Positions 1-7,749 of a DNA stretch of 31,331 bases are shown here, in pieces (the first letter of the stretch is position 1; each line of letters begins with the position of its first letter). The notes under the pieces were generated by a model. The model was given only the letters and a program-made list of their open reading frames with translations. It searched no databases and had not been told where the DNA came from. The position numbers and the translations under genes are program-made. Source of the stretch: an uncultured Thermoplasmatales archaeon (GTDB lineage Archaea > Thermoplasmatota > E2 > DHVEG-1); the NCBI GenBank assembly GCA_964353435.1, contig CAYGVY010000001.1:1-31331 (forward strand), given 5' to 3'.

Positions 1-122
1 CTCCGAAGGGTCTCCGAGGCGATTGCTCCTGCGGTGATCCCATCTGCATCGATATGCGTCACGATATGGATCTCTTTGGATTTTCGTATGATGTCCGCTA
101 ACTCGTTTGCTCGTTGTATCAA
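1..122 (-). CDS. DHH-family phosphoesterase (RecJ-like), 5' part; runs off window start
   Basis: Not in ORF track. Manual translation from TTG at 122: LIQRANELADIIRKSKEIHIVTHIDADGITAGAIASETLR, with the DHH motif I (HxDxDG). GAGGT RBS 6 nt upstream; in-frame TAA further upstream at 162-164. Confidence 0.85.
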   Translation of the reverse strand, partial: MIQRANELADIIRKSKEIHIVTHIDADGITAGAIASETLR

Positions 123-298
123 AGAATTACCTCGCGCATGAAGAATAGGAGAGGGTGCTGATTAGTCTTTTGGTTTCTCACAGAGTTGTTTTTTATAAAA
201 GAACCTTGATATTTTTTCACAAGGTCATTTGTGGTAAACAAGAAATCTAAAATAATAGCAGTGGTTACAGAATGTGCTGCAAAGGAGGTTATTTTGCT

Positions 299-508
299 AT
301 GAAGAAAGAATTTAAAGAAGGCAATATCACCATAACCGTCGACTATGATAAATGTAAAGGCGCAGGTGAATGCGTGACTGCATGTCCAGTTCAAATCTTT
401 GAACTTGTCAACGGAAAAGCGATTGCAAAAAACATAGGGGAATGCATCGAATGCTGCGCTTGCGTCAACGCATGTCCCTATACTGCGATTGAGCACAGTT
501 CCTGCTAA
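299..508 (+). CDS. Dicluster-type ferredoxin (probably [3Fe-4S]+[4Fe-4S])
   Basis: Motifs CKGAGECVTACP and CIECCACVNACP. Start moved from 272 to ATG 299 because GGAGG lies at 284-288. Confidence 0.92.
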   Translation: MKKEFKEGNITITVDYDKCKGAGECVTACPVQIFELVNGKAIAKNIGECIECCACVNACPYTAIEHSSC

Positions 509-532
509 TCTAAAAATTCATTTGGATTTTAT

Positions 533-955
533 ATGGAGAAAAAACAGATAGAAATACGTCTTGTCGACTCTTGGCCTGAAGACGAAATCGTCGCATTATA
601 CAAAGCAGCAGGCTGGTGGAAAGACTCCTATGACAAAGCAGGGATCCCTCAGTTGATTTTAGGGAGTTTTGTGTTCGCGGTAGTTGTCGATACACAAACC
701 GAAAAAGCAATTGGAATGGGCCGTGTTCTCTCCGATGGTGTCTCTGACGCATATATCCAAGATCTGATGATTCTTCCACCATATCGTGGTCATAACCTGG
801 GGAAAAAACTGGTTCAAGCACTCGTTGACCACTGTCTCTCCAAGGGAATCCTATGGATAGGATTGATTGCAGAACCAGGGAGCAGTCAGTTTTACACAAC
901 GCTTGGTTTCAAACCAATGGAACACTTTGTCCCTATGCTTTATACAAGGGAGTGA
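533..955 (+). CDS. GNAT-family N-acetyltransferase
   Basis: 140 aa; IGMGRVLSDGVSDAYIQDLMILPPYRGHNLGKKL acetyl-CoA binding motif A. Confidence 0.92.
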   Translation: MEKKQIEIRLVDSWPEDEIVALYKAAGWWKDSYDKAGIPQLILGSFVFAVVVDTQTEKAIGMGRVLSDGVSDAYIQDLMILPPYRGHNLGKKLVQALVDHCLSKGILWIGLIAEPGSSQFYTTLGFKPMEHFVPMLYTRE

Positions 956-961
956 TAGCCT

Positions 962-1876
962 GTGTTTTCTCTTGATGATTTTAAAAAAATTGATTTAAAT
1001 GATAAACCTGTTTTTGATAGATACTACGCGAGATTTCCTCCAAGTCATAGTGGTGAAGTATTCACAACCATGGTCAGCTGGGGAGAGTATGTTGAATATA
1101 GGTATGCTCTCATTGAAAACAGTATTATCCTCATGAGTAAAGATAAAGATGGAGCGGTTCTGCATGCACCATCTGGGAAATTCAATCTGAACCTCCTCAA
1201 ACAAGTCATTACCCTTGCGATAAAGGAAAATGCGGTCTTCGGATTCATTAAAACATCGGAGAAAAATCTGCTTGCAAAACAATTTCCTTTGTTGACGTTT
1301 GTCGAAGATAGAGATTTTTTTGATTATGTATATCGTGCGTCTGATCTGGCAGAACTTCCTGGAACAAAGTACGGGAAGATACGAAATCGATTGAATAAGT
1401 TCACAAAAAACTACGCGTATACGATTGAGGAACTCTCAGAGAGAAATATGGATGAGGTAAATGAGTTCCTGAAACGATGGTGTCTCTGGAAGGACTGCGG
1501 ATCTGATGAAGTATTGGAAAACGAGCGGAAGGCGATCGTGTATGCGATGTCACATTTTTTTGACCTTGTTCTTTCTGGACTTGCATTGCGGATAAATGGT
1601 TCAATTGAGGCAATCGCAGTGTATGAAAAAGTGAATGCGGACACCGTGGTTGTCCATTTCGAAAAAGGATCTCCTGATTTTGATGGGATATACAAAGCGA
1701 TCAACATGGAGACAGCGCAACGTGTGCGACATCATGTTCCGTTTATTGATCGGGAAGAAGACCTAGGGATACCTGGGTTGCGACAGGCGAAACTATCCTA
1801 CCAACCTGATCATTTTATAGAATTGTATCATGTCACAAAAGAAAGTCTTCGGACTACAACTTTTTTGGCGTTGTAA
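962..1876 (+). CDS. DUF2156 / aminoacyl-phosphatidylglycerol-synthase C-terminal-like soluble protein
   Basis: 304 aa; motifs DRDFFDYVYRASDLAELPGTKYGKIRNRLNKF, HFEKG, INMETA, DREEDLGIPGLRQAKLSYQP. GTG start 6 nt after the GNAT stop. Confidence 0.85.
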   Translation: MFSLDDFKKIDLNDKPVFDRYYARFPPSHSGEVFTTMVSWGEYVEYRYALIENSIILMSKDKDGAVLHAPSGKFNLNLLKQVITLAIKENAVFGFIKTSEKNLLAKQFPLLTFVEDRDFFDYVYRASDLAELPGTKYGKIRNRLNKFTKNYAYTIEELSERNMDEVNEFLKRWCLWKDCGSDEVLENERKAIVYAMSHFFDLVLSGLALRINGSIEAIAVYEKVNADTVVVHFEKGSPDFDGIYKAINMETAQRVRHHVPFIDREEDLGIPGLRQAKLSYQPDHFIELYHVTKESLRTTTFLAL

Positions 1877-1901
1877 TCCTTGAGTAATTAATGTTGTTTT
1901 T

Positions 1902-2255
1902 TTATGGGTTTAACGGGATCGGTAACCAGACAGTAATGACAGTAAATCCTGCAATAGTCACACTTGAATACACACCAGTCGCTGTTTTTACTCCAAACCA
2001 ATATCCGAAGAAGCCAAACATTACCCGAGCATATGTTCCAGATGGTACAGAATCTGAAATCAACCCGTTTGTCTGTATTCCACTCGTTGCATATCCTTTA
2101 TGGAAACTGATAATATCAAAACCAATATAGTTTATGAAGATATTTAATCCCAATACAACTGTCGTCCCATTTTGCAATGTAAAAGTTATCGCGCTCATCG
2201 CACTGAAGATTGAATTGTTGATAATTAAAAAGAATGGAATTTTACATAAGTTCAT
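1902..2255 (-). CDS. Hypothetical protein, possibly a 5'-truncated remnant of a secreted/membrane protein
   Basis: 117-aa ORF with protein-like beta-rich composition (FGFFGYW...TIAGFTVITVW), convergent with DUF2156; start uncertain. Confidence 0.45.
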   Translation of the reverse strand: MNLCKIPFFLIINNSIFSAMSAITFTLQNGTTVVLGLNIFINYIGFDIISFHKGYATSGIQTNGLISDSVPSGTYARVMFGFFGYWFGVKTATGVYSSVTIAGFTVITVWLPIPLNP

Positions 2256-2705
2256 CTCTTCGGTTTGAAAAGTTGGCTATGTTTTTTTGATTTTATTATT
2301 TAATTCTAAATTTTTTGAATTAATTAAGTATGAATCATAATTTTTTTAGTATATTACGTTATTTTATAAACTAATTAATTTTTGTACTTAATTTATGTTT
2401 TGTTGTATATTTTGTGTTAATCTTTGACATGATTTTTGGTAAAATTTCGTTCGATTACTATTGTGATCACCGAATAATAAAAATATTTAAAAATTTACAT
2501 TAAACCATTATTTAATTATGTTTGTAGCTAAATATGATTAATTAGTTAATATCGAAGTTTAACTTACATTTATCGTGTTAGCAATTAGCAGTGTAAAATG
2601 CTATACAATAACATGCAAAATGACTGAGAAAGACTAGCATATGCCATCATAATATGATTGATAATCTCTAGCATGGTTACAACTGTAATGATACAAAAGA
2701 AACAT

Positions 2706-3062
2706 CTATTTCTTAATTAATTGTGCGATCTCAAGTGCCAGTTTTTCATACAGTTCGAAACGGAACTCCACCCCATAATAGTTAGCAGCCTCCTTAAAGG
2801 AAGCGAAACGCAGGAATTACATCTGATAGATTACGAGATCCTCTTTGTGTTTCAGATTAGGTGCGGCATGATGACAATTCGTACATAACAATGAACAATT
2901 TTCCGCTGTATCTTCACCATTATTTACAACTGGTATGATATGATGAAACTCTCCTTTGAAATCATCATCGAAATCAATATCGTAACGTTCACAACGATTT
3001 TTTGCTCTCTTCACTACTTTTTGTTTGATCTTCAGGGGGAAATTTTTTATCCTTTTGTTCAT
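2706..3062 (-). pseudogene. HNH endonuclease with in-frame nonsense codon
   Basis: EFHHIIP..NG.D..EN..LLCTNCH HNH motif. TAA at 2817-2819 is followed in frame by 36 sense codons (FLRFASFKEAANYYGVEFRFELYEKLALEIAQLIKK) to TAG 2706-2708. First CxxC reads CERY. GGAGGT RBS upstream of ATG 3062. Confidence 0.7.
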
Positions 3063-3783
3063 CTTTCTTATCTACCTCCCGCATTAAAATGTTTCTTACT
3101 GTACATGAGTACCAACTACATTTATTTCCCTCGCGTTTTAATCGGGTTGGTATCCTATTTTCATTCAAATAATTCGCGATTTCACTATAACTTTTTTCCT
3201 CGGCTTTTAATTGCCTCATGAGAGTTAAAATATTTTGTTCTTCAACGTTTTCAATAAGTCGGGTATTCTTTTTTCGGTTTCCAATGGTATCAGAGAAGAT
3301 TGTATATCCGTATGGGGCTTGTCCAAACCATTCGTTTTTCATCTTCTGTTTTACACCTGCACGAATCTTTGTTGCCAACTGTCCTCTAAAAAATTCGCTA
3401 AATGCTGCTAGATTCGTAAGAGTAAATCTGCCCTGTTCACTGTAGATATCAATATGTTGGAGGTTGTGAATATGTAATTTTACATCATACGCAAGGAGAT
3501 CATCCATAAGAATTAACATATCTTTTGTAGATCTACTGAATCTATCACTATCTACTATACATATACCGTCGAAAAGACCATTTTTCGCATCGGTTATCAT
3601 CTCTTGGAATTTTTCCCGTTTAGTATCTTTCGCACTTGCTTCATCAAAATATGTTTTTACCCACGTCCAACCCATTTGCATCGCCCAGGAGGTTAGGATT
3701 GATTTTTGTCCTTCTAGACTGTAGCCTTTTGTTTGTTCTCCTGTACTTACCCGAATGTAAAAAGCAACCCTATATTTTGACAT
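2989..3783 (-). CDS. Serine recombinase (resolvase catalytic domain + short recombinase domain)
   Basis: YIRVSTGEQ catalytic Ser motif, DRFSRS, GQAPYGY, SYSEIANYLN..IPT...W...TVRNIL; GAGGT RBS; last 74 nt overlap the HNH gene. Confidence 0.92.
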   Translation of the reverse strand: MSKYRVAFYIRVSTGEQTKGYSLEGQKSILTSWAMQMGWTWVKTYFDEASAKDTKREKFQEMITDAKNGLFDGICIVDSDRFSRSTKDMLILMDDLLAYDVKLHIHNLQHIDIYSEQGRFTLTNLAAFSEFFRGQLATKIRAGVKQKMKNEWFGQAPYGYTIFSDTIGNRKKNTRLIENVEEQNILTLMRQLKAEEKSYSEIANYLNENRIPTRLKREGNKCSWYSCTVRNILMREVDKKDEQKDKKFPPEDQTKSSEESKKSL

Positions 3784-3855
3784 CTAAATTACCTCATATA
3801 TATGACAAGACCATATATATGGGAAATATTACTTATATTTTATGCCTGATGATAG

Positions 3856-4710
3856 TTACCCTCGGTAGACCGATAGTAACTGATTTGAGGTCTCTTCAGC
3901 CAAAAAATCTGCGGGCTTCCCGCCTTGATCCGCGATGAATCCTTGAACAGTGTTAAAGGATTGCACGGGAATGATTGGTTCGTGATCACTCTTGTTCACA
4001 TATTTTTCCCAATGGAGATATCCACAGTAGATCGGATTTTTTAATATCGTAGAAACCATCTTTTTGGCCCACAACCCCTGGTTTTTCGTAGGAACTTTTG
4101 CATCGTTTAGCATTGTCACTATTTCACCCATGCTCTTGTGATCTAAATACCAGGAGTAAATATTCTTAATTACCAGTGCTTCTGTCTGGTTGACGTTTAA
4201 TTTTCCGTCCGTATAATCATAACCATATGGTATGTTAAAACCTAGCACGCCACCATTTATTTTTGCTTTTTGTTCCATGCCAATGTACACGCGTTCGCCG
4301 ATTTGTTCGGATTCCAATTGAGCAATCCCTTGAATGATATTCATCACAAAACGTCCTATTGCAGTTGAAGTATCAAACGATTCACTCATGGAGACAAATT
4401 CTTTTTTGTTTTTATTGAGATGCTCCATCATGAACATGAAATTTTTCTGGTTCCTGTGTATTCTGTCCATCTTGATGACGAGAAGTGCATCCCATTTGTC
4501 CATCTCTTCAAGCATTTTCATATAAGCGGGTCGTTTTGTTTTTCTACCGGAGTATCCATCGTCGACATATTCACCTGCAACTATCCAATCCCGTGCTTTA
4601 CAATAGGATCTGAGTTTGTCGAGTTGTGCATCGAGTGAAAATCCCTCTTTTGCCTGCTCCTCAGTAGATACTCTTGTATAAATTGCTGCGCGAATCGCTT
4701 GTGCATCCAT
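3856..4710 (-). CDS. Serine recombinase (resolvase catalytic domain + recombinase domain, no zinc ribbon/coiled coil)
   Basis: YTRVSTEEQ, DRIHRN, DTSTAIGRF, IPYGYDY, W...MVSTILKNPIYCG. Confidence 0.95.
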   Translation of the reverse strand: MDAQAIRAAIYTRVSTEEQAKEGFSLDAQLDKLRSYCKARDWIVAGEYVDDGYSGRKTKRPAYMKMLEEMDKWDALLVIKMDRIHRNQKNFMFMMEHLNKNKKEFVSMSESFDTSTAIGRFVMNIIQGIAQLESEQIGERVYIGMEQKAKINGGVLGFNIPYGYDYTDGKLNVNQTEALVIKNIYSWYLDHKSMGEIVTMLNDAKVPTKNQGLWAKKMVSTILKNPIYCGYLHWEKYVNKSDHEPIIPVQSFNTVQGFIADQGGKPADFLAEETSNQLLSVYRG

Positions 4711-4931
4711 CCAACATTTGCTAGCGGTTGTGAATTTATAAAGATTTTGTGATGCTTACCATGCTAAATATTATCTATCAAAATTTAACAAGACTGTATC
4801 ATGCTAGATAAACTCTAGCTTTTTATAATAAGAGACTCTGCTGCATGGTAACAAGAATATGTTATGTTAATATTAGAGATTAACAAATAAAACTAATATC
4901 TTTACAATATTTACAATATAAACTATTTTAT

Positions 4932-5219
4932 TTAATTTTCAGGTGTTTCTTGCTGTTCGTCATGCTCAATCGTAAAATCTTTAAGATCATATTCATCAGC
5001 AATCGTACGAGAACGAGCACCCGCTTTTTTTATCTGACGTCCACAGATTGTACATTTTCCAGTTGTCTCGTCATACGCCCGCCATTCCATACACGTAGGG
5101 CAAAACTCATCCTCTCCGACTATAACCTTCTTTACCGTCGTATGGATATCTTTCCTCTCTCTCTTTTTCTTTGACATAATAGGCCTTTTTTTTATGGTCG
5201 TCTTTACCTTCTTTTTCAT
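4932..5219 (-). CDS. Small Zn-ribbon protein with Lys-rich N-terminus and acidic tail
   Basis: CPTC-x12-CTIC; start taken at ATG 5219 (MKKKVK) rather than 5255. Confidence 0.7.
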   Translation of the reverse strand: MKKKVKTTIKKRPIMSKKKRERKDIHTTVKKVIVGEDEFCPTCMEWRAYDETTGKCTICGRQIKKAGARSRTIADEYDLKDFTIEHDEQQETPEN

Positions 5220-5390
5220 AGTCTCTCGCGTCGGTGTCGTGAGAATAGATATCAAAAAAGATTTATATTGATTTTTCTACTCAGCCTTACCTCCCTCGAA
5301 GTATATGACAAAAGAAGAAAAAATAAAGATTTATATGAAGATAAACGATACATGAAATCGCTTGAATCAGGTGAACTAGGAGAAAAAAAC

Positions 5391-5972
5391 GTGGATGCAC
5401 TATCGTTTTATAATTCAGATCTCTTCAAATGGGTTATTCTTCCCGTACTGATTTTCGTCGCGCGTTTAATAGACGTAAGCCTTGGGACGTTGCGGATTAT
5501 TTTTGTGTCTCATGGACTGAAATATATTGCACCAATCGTAGGGTTCGTTGAAATCAACATCTGGTTGCTTGCCATTGGACAAATCATGCAGAACCTGAAC
5601 AATCTCGTCTGCTCCCTCGCGTACGCAAGCGGGTTTGCAATGGGCGCTTTTTTTGGTATGTTAATTGAAGAGAAACTGTCAATTGGCATGGTCATGGTTC
5701 GCGTAATCTGCAAACATGATGCCTCTGAACTTATAAAATCACTACAAGGAGCAGATTACGGGGTTACTACGCATGATGCAGAAGGTGTGAAAGGACCTGT
5801 AAAGATTATCTTCGCGGTGATCCGTCGAGAGGATCTGCATGATATCTTGGATCGAATCCATAATATCCATCCGCATGCGTTTTATTCGGTGGAGGATGTT
5901 CGATCGGTGGGAGAAGCTATGTTTCCATACCATCAACATAAATTGTTACAATGGCATCGAAAAGGTAAATAA
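5391..5972 (+). CDS. DUF2179/DUF5698 (UPF0316) membrane protein
   Basis: LIFVARLIDVSLGTLRII, APIVGFVEINIWLLAI, YASGFAMG; C-terminal GYGVT..DAEG and AFYSVEDVR. GTG 5391 has AGGAG upstream; the ORF-track extension to 5268 is probably non-coding. Confidence 0.88.
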   Translation: MDALSFYNSDLFKWVILPVLIFVARLIDVSLGTLRIIFVSHGLKYIAPIVGFVEINIWLLAIGQIMQNLNNLVCSLAYASGFAMGAFFGMLIEEKLSIGMVMVRVICKHDASELIKSLQGADYGVTTHDAEGVKGPVKIIFAVIRREDLHDILDRIHNIHPHAFYSVEDVRSVGEAMFPYHQHKLLQWHRKGK

Positions 5973-5996
5973 TAAGAAAAAAGAGCTGGTAAAAAT

Positions 5997-6725
5997 TTAT
6001 TCTTTTTCATCAGGGGATTGTTTTTCTGCTAATCGTTTGAGTGTTTCTGATGATAATTTATGATACCCGTCTTTTTCGTCAATAACTGCTGCTTCGACCA
6101 TCTCTGTGTTGAATTTCTGTTTAGTTATTTTCTTCAGTGTTTGAAGCCCGAGTTCAAGTGCCTGATTTAACGAGACATCTGAAGCGTAGTTTTTCGTGAA
6201 CTGAGTCATGGCGTCACTGCTTTTTTTACCCTCACAAACCGCCTTATATCCAAGATAGGCACCAGAGGGATCCGTAGAAAATAAGTGTTTGCCTGTGTCA
6301 TCGATACCACCGATGAGTAAAACCACACCGAAAGGCCTTACGCCATCAAACCGGGTATACATGTGTTCGTATTCGCAGAGGAGATTAACGAGATCTTTAA
6401 CAGAGATTGATTCATCGTAGCGGATCTTGTTCCATTGTGCTTCTTCGCGTGCGATTTCGACAAGGTGTCGTCCGTCCGCGACAAGACCTGTTGCTGCGCA
6501 GGCGATATGGTCGTCAATCTGATAGATCTTTTCGAGAGATCGTAGGTTGACAAGTCGGCTGGTTTCTGGTTTATGTGCAAGAAGAAGAACTCCATCTTTC
6601 CATTTGAATCCCATGGTAGTAGAGCCTTTTTTAACGGCTTCCCGGGCATATTCAACCTGATAAAGTCTGCCATCAGGAGAAAAAATCGTACTTGCTTCGT
6701 CGTACTGTTGTCCTGATTGTTCCAT
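5997..6725 (-). CDS. psmA: 20S proteasome alpha subunit (divergent)
   Basis: YD..STIFSPDGRLYQVEYAREAVKKG, LEKIYQIDDH, GLVADGR, GVRPFGV, DPSGAY. Confidence 0.93.
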   Translation of the reverse strand: MEQSGQQYDEASTIFSPDGRLYQVEYAREAVKKGSTTMGFKWKDGVLLLAHKPETSRLVNLRSLEKIYQIDDHIACAATGLVADGRHLVEIAREEAQWNKIRYDESISVKDLVNLLCEYEHMYTRFDGVRPFGVVLLIGGIDDTGKHLFSTDPSGAYLGYKAVCEGKKSSDAMTQFTKNYASDVSLNQALELGLQTLKKITKQKFNTEMVEAAVIDEKDGYHKLSSETLKRLAEKQSPDEKE

Positions 6726-6784
6726 AACCCAGCTCCAAGAGAGTTGAACCAGAATGTAATGTTTATATTATATACTTTCTGACC

Positions 6785-7060
6785 TTAGAGTCGGTTTGCG
6801 AGCTGTATGAGAAGTTTGGTTTTTGGTCCTTTTTTTTCCACGAGGATTCGCCCTTCTTTTTTACAGGGTGTGGACGGATGAATCCCGTCTTTTTCTAAAA
6901 TGGGATTTAATCCGAGGGATTTTGCTGCTTTTGCGATGTTTTCTAAAGATGGTTTTTCGACCGCGTGTTTCTTGGCGACCTTTCGTCCATTTAATCGAGA
7001 AACCGTACTATCAAAATATAGAGGGTATATCACATATTTGTTTTCATCTTTGGAAACCAT
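6785..7060 (-). CDS. srp19: Signal recognition particle 19 kDa protein
   Basis: VIYPLYFDSTVSRLNGRKV..KHAVEKPSLENI, HP...GRILV; directly downstream of S8e as is common in archaea. Confidence 0.93.
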   Translation of the reverse strand: MVSKDENKYVIYPLYFDSTVSRLNGRKVAKKHAVEKPSLENIAKAAKSLGLNPILEKDGIHPSTPCKKEGRILVEKKGPKTKLLIQLANRL

Positions 7061-7077
7061 TGATGATCACGACGGTT

Positions 7078-7461
7078 TTATTTTGTGAGTAAGACCGCGT
7101 TGATGACGCCACTTTGGCCAGGCCGGGAGGTAATTTTTGCTTTGCCGATTTTTGTGTTGATAATCGCTCCTTTATTCATGATGTTTCGTCGGACGTAGTG
7201 GACGTTTGCTGAGTTTTCGACGACGGTGACGATATCTGTTTTTGTGGTTTTATTGGTTTTTGGGTCGATAACATATGCGGTATCTGCGGTGAGAACTCGG
7301 GATTTTTTGTTGTTTCCTCTGGTTCGGATTGGTTTTCGTTTCATTGTCCCGATGGTGGTGAGGTGGAGTTCTCGTCCTATCTCGAATCGTTTCTTGTTTC
7401 GTGCGTATCGGATGCGTCGTCCGGTTTTACTCCTTTTTGAGTTTCCGTGCCATACTGCCAT
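7078..7461 (-). CDS. rps8e: 30S ribosomal protein S8e
   Basis: MAVWHGNSKRSKTGRR...RTRGNN...VVENSANVHYVRRNIMNKGAII.T..GKAKITSRPGQSGVINAVL. Confidence 0.98.
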   Translation of the reverse strand: MAVWHGNSKRSKTGRRIRYARNKKRFEIGRELHLTTIGTMKRKPIRTRGNNKKSRVLTADTAYVIDPKTNKTTKTDIVTVVENSANVHYVRRNIMNKGAIINTKIGKAKITSRPGQSGVINAVLLTK

Positions 7462-7484
7462 GAGAATTCCGAATGGAGAAGGGA

Positions 7485-7492
7485 TATTTAAA
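7485..7492 (-). promoter_or_regulatory. Archaeal TATA box (TTTAAATA) of rps8e-srp19
   Basis: Consensus TATA box about 24 nt upstream of ATG 7461, consistent with a leaderless or very short-leader mRNA. Confidence 0.6.
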
Positions 7493-7710
7493 GGATATGG
7501 AGAGGCATAATATCTTTACATATCCTTTTTTTCTCCCTAGACACCCATTTGAAATATAGCTACTCAACCATATATATTTATAAAATGAAAAGATAATAAT
7601 TCATTGGGAATCAATAGTAAATCAAGTTGAGTTTTCCTCCCGACGGTTCTACCCTTCTTCATCTTCTTTTCCTCCTAGATAAGCTCCCCTTTCTCTTTTA
7701 ATTTTTTGTT

Positions 7711-7736
7711 AAAAATGTTAAAAAAATAAGAAAAAG
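7711..7736 (-). terminator. Oligo-T terminator after the C25 peptidase
   Basis: Minus strand reads CTTTTTCTTATTTTTTTAACATTTTT shortly after the stop at 7750. Confidence 0.45.
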
Positions 7737-7749
7737 ATAGATGGAGTGT

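Larger units (their letters stand above)
2256..4931. mobile_element. Possible recombinase-associated accessory islet (no att sites identified)
   Basis: Two serine recombinases plus a disrupted HNH gene between two AT-rich non-coding flanks; boundaries approximate. Confidence 0.3.

Noticed and set aside
119-899. Minus-strand ORFs 119-496 and 510-899, and the other short overlapping ORFs in the track
   Set aside because: They overlap well-supported genes on the opposite strand or frame and carry no recognisable motifs.
2256-2705. CRISPR array or ncRNA in the long AT-rich spacer
   Set aside because: No regularly spaced repeats or stable GC-rich stems; no CRISPR array or cas gene seen anywhere in the window.
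2989-4710. IS607 or IS200/IS605 element
   Set aside because: No N-terminal MerR-type HTH on either recombinase and no TnpB/RuvC ORF nearby.
7564-7662. 32-aa minus-strand mini-ORF with AGGAGG RBS (MKKGRTVGRKTQLDLLL...)
   Set aside because: No recognisable motif and its 3' half is AT-rich intergenic-looking sequence; cannot be supported without expression data.
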